Below, piece by piece: positions 25,000 through 37,386 of a stretch of 64,000 nt of DNA. How positions within the stretch are numbered: position 1 is the stretch's first letter; the number at the start of each line of letters is the position of its first letter. The stretch lies in assembly GCF_006345805.1 (NCBI RefSeq), contig NC_043007.1, positions 1,488,001-1,552,000 on the forward strand, written 5' to 3'. The notes beneath the pieces are model-generated. The model searched no databases. It was not told where the DNA came from and saw only the letters and a list, made by a program, of their open reading frames with translations. Source of the stretch: Octopus sinensis (lineage: Eukaryota). The position numbers were made by a program, and so were the translations under genes.

Positions 25000-25335
25000 T
25001 AGTTCTAAAGATCCCAGCAATGCCATCACGCTTCAGGACCAGTTACTGCAACAGCCTGGGTTTCAAGGGCCCACAGCTTTTTAATATTCTCCCAAAGAGT
25101 CTGAGGAACTTGCACAAAGTAGATGTAGGGGTTTTTAAACCAAAGCTGGACCTCTTCCTGTCGAGAGTCCCAGATGAACCTACCTCATGGCAAGAGGTGC
25201 AAATGAGGGTAGCTATATCAAACTCCATTCTTCACCAAGTGCCACATATTAGAGGAGGCTCTTAGTGATAACAGTGTAGCAAAACTGCGGTGCACCAACA
25301 TGGCTGCAGCTCTGAGCTGAAACTAGCAAAAAAAA
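25000..25335 (+). mobile_element. CR1-like LINE 3' end (second family) with poly(A)
   Basis: ORF end GPQLFNILPKSLRN...FKPKLDLFLSRVPDEP. Tail GCGGTGCACCAACATGGCTGCAGCTCTGAGCTGAAACTAG followed by an A-run. Confidence 0.85.
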
Positions 25336-25708
25336 AAAAAAATGTTGACTGGGTCTTAGAGTTTCATTTGATGGTTTATTCAACCGGTGGGGGAATGCTT
25401 CACATCTGGAGTTTATATAGAAAAACAAAAGGAAAACATCCTTAAAAATCGGGAGTCTTACAGAAGTAATTGACATTGGTTGTAAAAGTTGCTAAAGAAA
25501 GAAAACCCTTTCCTATATAAACCCCAGCAGTGAAGCTTCCTTCACTGGTTGATGAAACCTTGGTGAAACTTAAAATCTCAGTCAGCACGAATTTATAATA
25601 AATTTGATTTTGCTCTCACTATTTGGTCATCTGGTCCCTCCAGCCTCATGGCAATGGGTCACTCTCAATATAGAGTCTACCATTCAATAACAATTCCTTT
25701 GTTATTCT

Positions 25709-25934
25709 TAATTCTTTAGCATTCACGTCTGTCAAAAGTAATTCTTGTTTATTAACATTTTTCTGAATTAATTAATTAATACAAGTTTCCCCTTGTAGCT
25801 TTGAGATTTTGATGAGATAATGTTTTAGAATGATATTGTAGGGTTGGTGTGAGAGACCAGATCTGGCCAGTTTGAACATAAAACAGCTGGAATATTTTGG
25901 CTGGATATGGCTGGCTTAAGTTCTAAAGGGTCAA
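25709..25934. mobile_element. TTAA-type MITE, second subfamily, diverged
   Basis: TTAATTCTTTAGCATTC...TAAAGGGTCAA ends. Interior related to 56940-57103. Confidence 0.5.
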
Positions 25935-26051
25935 TCTTGCTTTCAGATAACAGCCTCAATTTAACATTTGTCATTTATTTATGTTTTCAGTTGGTCAAGT
26001 TTGTCTTGCTATGTTTTTTCTTAAATTTTCTGTTTTTTTTCTTTTTACTAG

Positions 26052-26156
26052 TTGACAGCAAAGAACATCCAGTGTATGCGAGCTCTCCTCAGTGTGGCTC
26101 ACTGTCACGGTGGCATTTTGGGAACAGCTTGGCATCTTGTCCTTACAACTCTGCAG
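26052..26156 (+). CDS. MON2: MON2 homolog, internal coding exon (105 nt, phase 0/0): [35 protein letters not shown]
   Basis: Polypyrimidine tract plus TAG acceptor (26050-51) and CAG|GTATTA donor (26157). Open frame matches recalled human MON2 [35 protein letters not shown]. Confidence 0.93.
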
Positions 26157-26201
26157 GTATTAAATGTTCTTCATATTTTGCATTCATCATCATTGTTGTT
26201 G

Positions 26202-26290
26202 TTAACCCTTTTGTTACTGTATTTATTTTGAGATGCTCTGTGTTTGTACTACAGAGCCAGTTCCAGACAGGTTGGTATCAAAAGGGTTAA
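26202..26290. mobile_element. piggyBac-type MITE, internally deleted (81 bp)
   Basis: TTAA|CCCTTTTGTTAC...GGTATCAAAAGGG|TTAA. Both ends match 26318-26539. Confidence 0.8.
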
Positions 26291-26313
26291 GAATTGTTTC
26301 TCTATTATATATT

Positions 26314-26543
26314 TTAACCCTTTCGTTACCGTATTTCTTTTGAGATGCTCTGTGTTTCTTTCAATTAATTTTAAATATAACAAAGAATTTAGTAAAATTA
26401 CTTAATTATCATTAAGCTAGTGTTAGGAACATAAATTGTGACTAAGGTTTGGTGGAAGATTTTAATTCAAAACTTATGAAAACAAGACATTCGTACTACA
26501 GAGCCAGAGGTGGTTCCAGCCGGGTTGGTATCAAAAGGGTCAA
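26314..26543. mobile_element. piggyBac-type MITE (222 bp)
   Basis: TTAA|CCCTTTCGTTACC...GGTATCAAAAGGG|TCAA. Confidence 0.8.
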
Positions 26544-26959
26544 ACTTTGTCAGCGTTGTCACTAGTCACTCTATGCTTTTGAAGACTTGCAGAATAAAAC
26601 AAATCCTTTACTTGAAAACAGGTGAGGGTTAGCTACAGGAAGAGCATCTGGTCATAAAATCCTGCCACGAGAAGCAATTCTTGTTCAAGCTATGTACTAA
26701 CATTGCAAAACAGGCATGAAAGGAACTAATGAATTGTCTCCACTGAAATCAAAAGAGAAAGTCAGCATTTAAAAGAAGATAGTTTGGCTACTAAAGGAAA
26801 AATAAAATGGAAACAGTCTATTCATGAGATAGAGAAAGGTTCATAAATCTAGCTTTAAGTGTCAGGAAGAGGAAGTTCATGCCCTTATCTGAGAATTTTG
26901 TTTTGCTACAGTAAGAGGAAATCAATCTAAATCCAAACACACCATTATTGAAAAGCCCT

Positions 26960-27135
26960 TTAACTCTATCGGACCCAAAACATCAGGATGACTAGATCTG
27001 AGATCTCACTCCTGTCATTCTAGCAATAATCGCATCATTAAAATCTCAGTCACAAGATAATGCAGGATTAATTCAAAACAATGTGAATTAATAAGCCTTG
27101 TGTTTGACAGAGTAAACTGAATGTTAAAGGGTTAA
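26960..27135. mobile_element. TTAA-type MITE, diverged
   Basis: TTAACTCTATC...GAATGTTAAAGGG|TTAA. Confidence 0.55.
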
Positions 27136-28041
27136 AAAGAAGTGAAATATATAGTTGGGGTTGCCAGTTGCGATCTCTTGGAATTATATACAATGAAATG
27201 GACCAAAATGAATTAAAAGTTTTCTTTCTCCTTGATGATCATCATTGATATCCTAGAAGATCAAAGGAAACATTTCAAAGACAATTGCAATGAATATTTA
27301 TAGATTGCTGTCAGAATGATATAAAAGTTTTTCACCACTGAAGTTAGTTAGAATGTTCCTTCTTTCGAAGGAAAGTGTTACTGCTTGAAGAGAGAATTTT
27401 ATATAAAAAGGAAAGCATCTTCTCTTTATGCAAAATCTTTTTTAATCCAGTCTGCTAATCCATCAGTATGACAGTGTTCCTACTCATTTTACTAAATTAC
27501 TAAATTTCTTTTCTCTCAAAGACCAGAAAATTCTGATATTCTTTTGGTATGATTTGTATGTACAGCTAAATCCTATTGGATATTTATGGCAAATCATGAA
27601 ATCAAACCTGAATACAAGATTTCTTTTTTTTTTTTCAAATGCCATTCATATCTTTTTCTGGTGATAGTACAAGAAGAATGATTGAAATTAAAGCTCACAT
27701 TAACAAAAAAAAAATAAATAAAAAAAAAAAAAGCATGCTGATGATTTGAATAAATGGATTAAACAAACTACAAGATAATCATGGCAGGAGCTTTGGTTAT
27801 TCAATTTTGGCCATGAATAAACAAATCCTAGTTTGAATCTGAATTTGAATTCAATAAAGGATTTAATTCTAGCTAAAATGAACATTAGAAAAGGTTTCAT
27901 TAATAAAATAAAAAAAAAAAAATTATCTGTTTTGCATAGAGGTAAATCATACTCCTAAAGCCACACATTTGAAAAACCTCATATTTGCATAATGTCTAAG
28001 GATCTTCTTTTTCTCTTTTTCGCACATTTCTTTTTCTCTAG

Positions 28042-28199
28042 CATTTAGTATGGATTTTGGGGTTAAAACCATCAACTGGTGGCAGTTTAAAAGCTGGACA
28101 GCAGATCAATGATGTTTCGAATGCTGTTATCACGACAGCCATCATGGCAGATTTACCCGTTCTTTCAGCCATGTTGTCAAGACTCTTTGAAAGTTCACA
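28042..28199 (+). CDS. MON2: MON2 homolog, next coding exon (158 nt, phase 0/2): [52 protein letters not shown]
   Basis: Long pyrimidine tract plus TAG acceptor (28040-41) and CA|GTAAGT donor (28200). Joins the 26052 exon in frame across a 1885 bp GT-AG intron. Matches recalled human [19 protein letters not shown]...[25 protein letters not shown]. Confidence 0.93.
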
Positions 28200-28470
28200 G
28201 TAAGTTTATTTAAGTTTTTCCTTTTATATATATTCTTGTTTGATGTTACCGTTGTAGCTTCTACCACAAAGTTTCTTCCATCACCACCACTACCACCGCC
28301 AGATCAAAGCAGATGTTTAACAGCATGGAGTAGTCTTCTCTTTACATCATACATCCATGTCGGAACAAAGAATAACCCCGCATGAGGCTATAGTAAGACA
28401 TTTGAAAGTAGAATGAAATGAAATAGCATGGTAATTCATGGGAAGAACTAAGAATATATATATGTGTGTG

Positions 28471-28541
<71 letters not shown>

Positions 28542-28562
28542 ATGTATATATACATGTATATC

Positions 28563-28612
<50 letters not shown>

Positions 28613-28614
28613 TA

Positions 28615-28662
<48 letters not shown>

Positions 28663-29723
28663 AAGGAGAAAGAGCACAGCATTTACTTAATGTAAAATAA
28701 AAAAAATAATTACGATGATTTACAGATGTAAATTATAATGATTTAACGATTGTAAAAATTTAAAAAAAACAAAAAAAAAACGTGATGATTATTAAAATAT
28801 GATAACTGCCAAAGATGGTAATAACTTTCTGATGAGGAAGATGAAAGCTAGTTGGAGTTTAGTGAATTTTCCTAAAAGGAAAGTGCAAACTGAAATGGTA
28901 TTCGACATTCCAACAGACTGCATAAAAACAATAGCACAAAACAAAAAAAAAAAAAAAAAAAAAATAAAAACCCAGTAACCACAAAGCGTCAGAAAATTCA
29001 ATTACACATTGTGTTTTTCATTTTGGAATCGAGCATTGAAAAGAATATTAAATTTGTTTTCTACTCACCATATTTACTTTATTTGAAAATTATATTTAAA
29101 TTTTCGTTTTCTCTGTTGCTTTTCATTTATTTCCAAATCTTTCTGATAATATTCTTCAGTTCTGCAGGTTATATATTCCTGTATCAATGTGTTCACCACC
29201 ACCACCACCACCATCATTAGTTAGTTATTCATTTAAGTTAGGTATTAAATACAAAATGACTAATTAACAAATGTTGTTCTTTCTTTTTTAATAATGATTC
29301 TCATTTGAGATTTTTCTTCTTTTTTTTTTCTTTTTGGTTCAGAATATATTCAGTAAATTTAACCTGAGGGAGGGGATTTTCACAAAATAGTGTTAATTGT
29401 TCATTAATTTAACATATATCTAATGAACATAGTTTTAGTTGCTATCAGTTATCAATTTAACACTGTTTGTATGTATGTATGTTTGTGTGTGTGTGTGTGT
29501 ATTCATATATGTATATATATATATATCATGATCACATGACAGACCAGGCTTTCAGATGTTGCTACACATCGCTGGTCACAATTTTTTAGCATTCAAATGT
29601 TGCCACTCCATGTCATACATACATATATATAATATGTATTATATATAATATACAATATATATAATGTAAAATATATATATATATATATATAATATAATAT
29701 AATATAATATAATATATATATAT

Positions 29724-29792
<69 letters not shown>

Positions 29793-29805
29793 CATAATGC
29801 ATAAT

Positions 29806-29983
29806 ATCATCATCATCATCATCATCGTTTAACGTCCGTTTTCCGCGCTAGCACGGGTTGGACGGTTCGACCGGGGTCTGGGGAGCCAGGGGCTGCCCCA
29901 GGCTCCAGTCTGGTCTGGCAGTGTTTCTACAGCTGGATGCCCTTCCTAACGCCAACCACTCCGCGAGTGTAGTGGGTGCTTTT
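29806..29983 (-). mobile_element. RTE 3'-end copy, young, tail abutting (AT)n
   Basis: (ATC)n-GTTTAACGTCCGTTTTCC...GCTGGATGCCCTTCCTAACGCCAACC. Confidence 0.9.
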
Positions 29984-30013
29984 TAATTTAATATATATAA
30001 TATATATATGTAC

Positions 30014-30072
<59 letters not shown>

Positions 30073-30076
30073 TAAT

Positions 30077-30107
<31 letters not shown>

Positions 30108-30804
30108 ATTTTACAGATTTTATATTTTAGCAAAGAAATTCTGACTTCACTAAATCATCGGAAACTCCTCTGTGTCAGTGGAGCTTTTGATTCAAGTCTT
30201 TCCATACAAACGCACACACTCGCACGCATGTACGCACATGCACACACACACACACACACACACGTGCGCGCACACATTTATATATAATTATGCAGTGTGA
30301 TTTACATTGCAAAACAAAGAACAAGTAATTAGCACTCTGTTTGTGTGTTCTTATATATCGAAAGAGGAAAACATGAGATGGCCTCATATTATATGGCTCA
30401 AGTTTCTGGTGAATGCCCCTTATGATAAGTTAGCTCTGAGAATGTGTGTGGAAAAAAGCCAAACAAACCAGGAGAGTTTGTTCGGAAATTATTCAGTTGT
30501 GTCATGTGAGATGCATTTCATTACCAATGAAAATATATCTTTTCTGAAAGGGAAACCTTATTAGCAAATTACATTGTCAAATCTTCTGAAATTCCATAAC
30601 TTTCATTAGTAAACTTTAGGGTTTCTAATCATCTGTATACAGTTAGAATATCAATGGCCATAATTACTGTGCTAAATTGGGTTATCCACTATTGTGTCAG
30701 CCTAACTTTTGGTTGCTTTATATTAGCTGACCTCTGCTATTGATTCAGGAAAGAAGCTAGGTATGTCTTTTCTGAGTAGTGGTCAACAAGCAATGAAACA
30801 GTCT

Positions 30805-31146
30805 GTTATTGGAATTGGAATCAACCAGACGGATCGCTCCACCACCTAAAAACAGCCATGCACCACCACCCACCGAATCAAGAAAGAGCTATTGATCTGT
30901 CAATCCTACCGGTGTCCGGACCGGGTGAGTTTTCCCGTGTTGAGTCAAATTTAGCCGCAGGCTCCTCTCCTGGTGGTGCCCTTCCGTCAATTCCCTTAAG
31001 TTTCTGTTTTGCAACCATACCCCACTTCCCCGGAACCGACTATGGTTTCCCGTGCAGCCTCCTCGCCGGGTCATCGAAGCAGACACCGGTGGAGCGCCAG
31101 TCGGCATCGTTTATGGTCGGAACTACGACGGTATCTGATTGTCTTG
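30805..31146 (-). pseudogene. 18S rRNA gene fragment (central/3' major domain, ~340 bp), diverged
   Basis: Reverse complement of universal 18S motifs: GGCCATGCACCACCACCCA, CCCGTGTTGAGTCAAAT, GGTGGTGCCCTTCCGTCAATTCC and GGCATCGTTTATGGTCGGAACTACGACGGTATCTGAT. No flanking rDNA. Confidence 0.93.
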
Positions 31147-31728
31147 AGACTTTCCTTTTTTACTCAACATGTTTATAGCATAGAGTAATCTCCAAAATTA
31201 TACCAGTTCTTCTGATTTAGACTGTGTTGTGCATAAATATATATATTGTTTTAATTAGCTTACGAATTCATTATCATTCACTGTGTAATTTAGCTCTGAC
31301 AAACTGTAGCATATAATAGGTATGACTTAATGCAGGTAAGTGATGCAGTACTATGGCTATGAAATAAAACGTCAAGTAGAAATATTCATAAGTGCTACAG
31401 GGCCATAATATACTTAGTAGGACATGTAGTTATTGATGGATAATTATTGGTTTACATTAGAATATTACATTGATTTATTTTCCATTTTGAACTTTTTAAA
31501 GAGCTTTTGAAGTGCTACTACTGGCTTGGCTATCAGGATTATATACCGAATTTTGTACTCATGTAATAAGTTCACCACTAAAATTTTGCCAGAAAATTCA
31601 GTCTGAAAGCTTTTGACTTTTACACAAGTTTATACGAATGTATATGCACAAGCTAACATATAAGCTGCATGTGTACAAGCGTTCATGTAGCTTCTGTTGC
31701 ACATGTAAACACACATGCGTAAATAATA

Positions 31729-31792
31729 TTCTTTTATTCTTTCTTGTACTTGTTTCTGTTATTTGACTGCAGCCATACAATACATACATATA

Positions 31793-31847
<55 letters not shown>

Positions 31848-31991
31848 TTTCTTTCAGTTTCCGTCTACCAAATCCACTTACAAGGCTTTGGTCAGCCCAA
31901 GGCTATAGTAGAAGAATTTGCCCAAGGTGCCACGCAGTGGGACTGAACCAGGAACCATGTGGTTGGTTAGCAAGCTACTTACCACACAGCT
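31729..31991 (-). mobile_element. SINE family A with 3' internal deletion
   Basis: Head and middle intact; tail remnant joined directly to (AT)n. Confidence 0.8.
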
Positions 31992-32299
31992 ATCCTTTAA
32001 TGCCTATGTTCTATATTGGCATGGATCAGATTGTTTGATAGGATCTGATGGGCCCAAGGCTTGCATTATGCTCCAGACTTCTTTAGCATGGGTTCTCTGG
32101 CTGGATGCTGTCCTTATTACCAGCATTTGTTGTGCCACTAATGAGGTCACCATGCAGCTTGCGAGGCTATGGATGCTGAGAGAGGCAGCTTTATGCAAGG
32201 AAAAGTATGGGAGATGTGTGTGTGTGTGTGGAGGGGGATGACATAAGCACACACAGGCATACATAAGCACACACAAGTACATACACACACATGCTTACC

Positions 32300-32740
32300 C
32301 ACACTTCATCATCATTATTATCATCATCATCGTCATCATCATTTTTTTTTTACATCTGCTTTTTATGTTACCATGGATTGAAGCTGGTTTCCATGGCTAC
32401 AGTCACTATGTATTCAAGTGATACTACTTATCTGGATGGGTTGGAAATCTTATCTTGCCCACATTTCATTTTTGGTTTGCTTTCTATTGCTGGGTGCCCT
32501 TCCTTATACGAACCACGTTAAAGCGTATATGGGTTGCCTTTCTTGTGGCAGCAGCACTGGAGGGTGTCATGTTCTCAGCAGAACTAAAGTGTCCTTACAA
32601 CCTCACTCTTTACAGATGCCAACCACTTCACAGAGTGTGCTGGGTGCCCTGTACATGCCACCAGCACAGATGCTCTCACTCAGTACCAGCACGAGTGCAC
32701 TTTATGTGGCCCTGGCACCTGCAAAGGGTAAGCATGTATG
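32300..32740 (-). mobile_element. Old RTE-tail-related copy
   Basis: (ATC)n start with degenerate GGATG/GCCAACCAC modules and GGCACCTGCAAAGGG. Confidence 0.55.
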
Positions 32741-32967
32741 TATGGATGGCTGTGGTTTGACTTAGCTCGATGTGTCTTCTTAAGTGCTACAGATGACCAC
32801 ATCTCCCAATCCCTTGCGATCTCCCCAGTGAGACCCAGCATCTGAAGGTCCTTTCTTACCACTTTGTCTCATGTCATCTTAGGTCTATCCCTTCTACGTG
32901 TATGTATGTATGTGTGTGTGTGTGTACATATTCTGTATATGTGTATATGATATATATGTATGTATGC

Positions 32968-33469
32968 AAAGACCTGTTGGGGCAAGTGAAATCGAAATTG
33001 AACCAGATTCGATGAGTGGCACCCGTGCCAGTGGAGCACTAACAGCTCCATCCGAGCGGGATCACTGCCAGAGCAGCTGTCTGGCTTCCGTGCCGGTGGG
33101 GACGTAAAAAGCACCATTTGAGCGTGATCATTACCAGCATTGCCTCACTGGCAATTGTGCCGGTGGCACGTGAACAAAGCTTTCGAGTGAGGTCGTTGCC
33201 TGTGCCGCTGGACTGACTCCTGTGCAGGTGGCACGTAACAAACACCATTTTGAGAGTGGCCATTGCCAGTACCACGAAACTGGCCCTTGTGCCAGTGGCA
33301 CATAAAAGCACCCACTCCACTCTCGGAGTGGTTGGCATTAGGAAGGGCATCCAGCTGTAGAAACTCTGCCAGATCAAGACTTGAGTGTGGTGCAGCCATC
33401 TGGTTTGCCAGTCCTCAGTCAAATCGTCCAAACCCATGCTAGCATGGAAAGTAGACGTTAAATGATGAT
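32968..33469 (+). mobile_element. RTE 3' UTR copy with a five-unit hairpin array
   Basis: 5' end GAAGACCTGTTGGGGCAAGTGA matches the 3' UTR of the 39286-40699 LINE. Ends GACGTTAAATGATGAT. Confidence 0.88.
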
Positions 33470-34240
33470 GTGTATGTATATGTGTATGTATGCATATGAG
33501 TATATATGTATGTATATGCCAGCATAGATACCGGATGTTAAATGATGATGATATGTATGTGCATGTATGTATAAAGATATATGCATTTGTGTATGTGTAT
33601 GTATGTGTATACATATATATATACATACATCCATACTATAATGACATAGTCATGAAAACAGATTTGACGTATAATTATATTTGTCAGAATAAAAAAAATA
33701 AACATTAAATATAATTTAGGTGTTTTCATTTTTGTTCAAATGTAAAACATGTTGTTTGGAATAATACTTTTTTTAAAGAAATTTCCCAAAATCCATTGTC
33801 TTCGTTTAGTTCCAAGTCTGTTGTAATCAAATTGGCTTCTGATCAACAACCTTTTAATCCCAATCATCCTGTATTTTAAGATCCTGTAGGTCTGTGATAT
33901 CTTACGTTCGTTGTTTATAAAAATATACCTGGGTGGTAATTGATTTAAATTTGGTTGTCATTTCTTGCAGATTAGGTAACGGCATATAAAAACTATCTCA
34001 ATCTTTCGTATGTAATCACCAAGACTTAAAGAAAAAATAAAAAAAAATAAAGGAAAAAACGTGAAACAAACAGAAGCCAAAAAAAACCGCAAATCACCGA
34101 TAAAATACTCAGAGTTAAGATAAAATAAGAAAGTTTGCAAATATTTTGATTTATGTTCGCTGTAATAAAGTTTGTTTGTATGTGAGTTCATCCAGAATCT
34201 CTGAATTACCTGTTCTCTAGATATGAATCTTTATTTTCTC

Positions 34241-34293
<53 letters not shown>

Positions 34294-34439
34294 CACATAT
34301 ATATATACACACATACATGCATACATACATACATACATACATACATACATACATGCACACACACACCCACACATTTATATATATATACACATACATGCAT
34401 GCATACATACGTACATACATACACACACACACCCCACAC

Positions 34440-34472
<33 letters not shown>

Positions 34473-34657
34473 TGCATACACACACACATATATATATATC
34501 GTGTTTGTGTAGGTGTGTGTATACAAACATATATATATACACACACATCTGTATATGTGTGAGTATATATATACATGTATATAAATCTGTATATATAAAT
34601 ATATATATTTATACATATATTTATATATATATATATATATATTTATTTATATATATA

Positions 34658-34706
<49 letters not shown>

Positions 34707-34731
34707 TTATATATATATCTATATATATATA

Positions 34732-34770
<39 letters not shown>

Positions 34771-34845
34771 AATATTAGGGAATAAATCCAAATTTACAGG
34801 GAAAAAATCAGATTTAGGATTAAATCCAATTTTATAGTAAAATAT

Positions 34846-34987
34846 TATAAAATATTATTAGAGACAAAACCACTATTTTGCAAAACAAACAAGGAAAGAC
34901 TTAATCAATATTAATATTTATGTATTGATTAAGTCTTTCCTTGTTTGTTTTGCAAAATAGTGGTTTTGTCTCTAATAATATTTTATA
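34846..34987. repeat. Perfect 65 bp inverted repeat with 12 nt spacer
   Basis: 34846-34910 is the exact reverse complement of 34923-34987. Confidence 0.95.
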
Positions 34988-36217
34988 TATATATATATAT
35001 ATATATACATACATATATATATATGTTCCCATCTATCTCACTATAGATATTATTCTCCATTCGTTGTTGTCTGTCATAATATATTGCTGAGCTCTAGTGT
35101 TTTCATTGGCAATTACTGTAAAAGTTTCTTTTCACACCTATTTTTTTGTTCTCCCTTTTTTCCCCTTTTCTTTTCTTCAACTGAAAATCCCAACTTCCTC
35201 CATCTTGTTGTTTGAACAGATTGCCAGATAGGGTACACACATTTACTTGAATCTATCATAAAGATAGGATTAAATGTTAACATTCTCTTCTCATGGCATT
35301 TTTGGAAATCTCTGTTTCATGTTTAAACAAACTTAGACGCAATATGTATAAAATAATTACACCATATCCACAACTACATGGTGTGCCTGTCTATGTCCAT
35401 TGTTCTTTGATTTCCTCTTTCTCTCTCTCTCTCCTAGTCTATCATGATTTTCAATATATATCCATTGCTGAATTCCTGTTTGAAGCACATTTTTATGGTG
35501 CTTCCTTGTTGCTACATTATAACTTTCTGTATTGCTGTATGAATTTACCATTTTATAGCTTTTTGCTTTTGAAGGAATTATGGTTGAAAGTTTTCGAAAT
35601 TGGTTTCACTTTAAAAAAAAATGTTGTTTTAATGGAATTTGTCATTTGCCTGGAGACATTACAATTTGGGCCAAAAACATTGTGGCGTTTTGGAATGCAT
35701 TGGAAGTTGGTAGCTTTGCAGCCATTTACTTATCCATCCACCAATCCAATTTCTCTGTCGACTATTCCTGGGATTGTCATTGGGGTAGAATTCCCAGGTG
35801 CCCTCTCTACTGGGTCTCATTGAAAGCAGATGTCATCAGATTTTTCTGGCTGGATTCTCAAGGTGTGACTGACCGAAACTCTGGGTATTAAGCAAACATC
35901 TTGTTCTTGGTTTACTCTTAAGTCTTGAAGAGTCTGCTTTGTGATTCTTTCCTACAAAATTCTAATCATGTCTGTTGTGATCAGTGACCTCTCAATGTGG
36001 AGAAGCACTGGCTTGATCTGGAGAGACTCCCTGAGCTCTGAGCTATGCACCGTGTTGAGTAACATTACTCCAGAGACCCTTTGAAGAAACCTCATCTTGG
36101 TCACTTGTATTCACAATTGTACTCTTTCAATCATTACCCAACATTCACAGCTACAGGTGAGAATAGGCTATTTACCTAAACTACTATATTTTGGAAAGGT
36201 ATAAACACCTCAACATC

Positions 36218-36415
36218 CTATTCCTCCTGGAGGATAACTTTCAGAAGCGCTAGAACCACGGAAGGGAGACGAATCATCTCATCCATTGTAGCCCCTAGTT
36301 GGCGGGTATGGCATTCCACCATCAGGGCCGGACATCTCAGCCAGAGATGTTCTGCAGATTCCACCTCCTTCTTACAGAGTCTGCATTGATCTGTGTCGCT
36401 GCGTCCTGCCATCCT
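36218..36415 (-). pseudogene. Non-LTR retrotransposon ORF2 C-terminal zinc-knuckle fragment (I/R1-group-like)
   Basis: CRLCKKEVESAEHLWLRCPAL fits the CX2CX8HX4C C-terminal motif of LINE ORF2. Confidence 0.7.
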
Positions 36416-37089
36416 TTGTTGTTGTTGATGATGGTAGTGGTGATGGTGATGATGACAATGACAATGATGATGATGATGATGACAACAATGAGGAGGATAA
36501 GAAACAAAGACGAAAAGGCTGCACCTCCCCTCCCCCTCCCCCACACACTACCACTTCCGTTGTGCTCATTAGTCATATAAAACTTTCCAGTGTTCTCCAT
36601 TCGAGAGTGGTGGTCTGGCCCCACCTTGAAAAGCACTGCACTAGACTCACACAGTATTTTCCTTACTTGTTTTCCAGTGCAGCATTTTGATATTAGTCAA
36701 ATTGATTCTATTTTTTGGAATAATTCTTTGGTGCTTCTGATTAATTTCTCAAACTCACTGACATCTTAATATTTATTTCTTTCTACCCTGATTCTGTAAT
36801 TCTTTGACTCTTAAGACAAACATTAATGTCTGCTGATAAATTTATGTATTCCATTTTGTCACAAAATATTCCCCTGTGTTTTCTTGTTTTGATTCTAATT
36901 AGATCTTATCGATATTCAGTTGTAATCTTCACCATTCCCCTTGCTTCACATTCTCAAAATCCTTTCACAAATGTGCAAAATCAGAATTGAAGAATTTAAT
37001 TATCGTGATAATTGTTTTTGATAGATTGGGAACGTAAAGCAGCTAAAGAGCATTCATTAAGTTCATCATCGTTACCATTATCACTTAGT

Positions 37090-37386
37090 CTATTTGTATA
37101 TCATGCCAGTAACCCCTGACTGGCCCCCGTGCTGGTGGCATGTAAAAAGCACTATCTGAATGTGATCGATGCCAGTGCCGCCAGACAGGTCCCCGTGCTG
37201 GTGGCATGTAAAAAACACCCACTACACTCTTGGAGTGGTTGGCATTAGGAAAGGCATCCAGCTGTGGTAACATTGCCAGATCAGATTGGTGCCTGGTGCA
37301 GCCGCTGGCTCTCCAGACCGCAGTCAAATCGTCCAACCCATGCCAGCATGGGAAGCGGACGTTAAATGATGATGATGATGATGATG
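37090..37386 (+). mobile_element. RTE 3'-end copy with two hairpin units
   Basis: GTGCTGGTGGCATGTAAAAA twice, then consensus tail and (GAT)n. Confidence 0.88.

Noticed and set aside
28044-28190. Alternative frame with TGA codons followed by Cys/His (selenoprotein-like)
   Set aside because: The overlapping frame is the conserved MON2 sequence, and no SECIS evidence was seen.
35293-35891. 176 aa and 103 aa + strand ORFs
   Set aside because: No recognisable family; possibly the antisense of a very degraded LINE, which I could not confirm.
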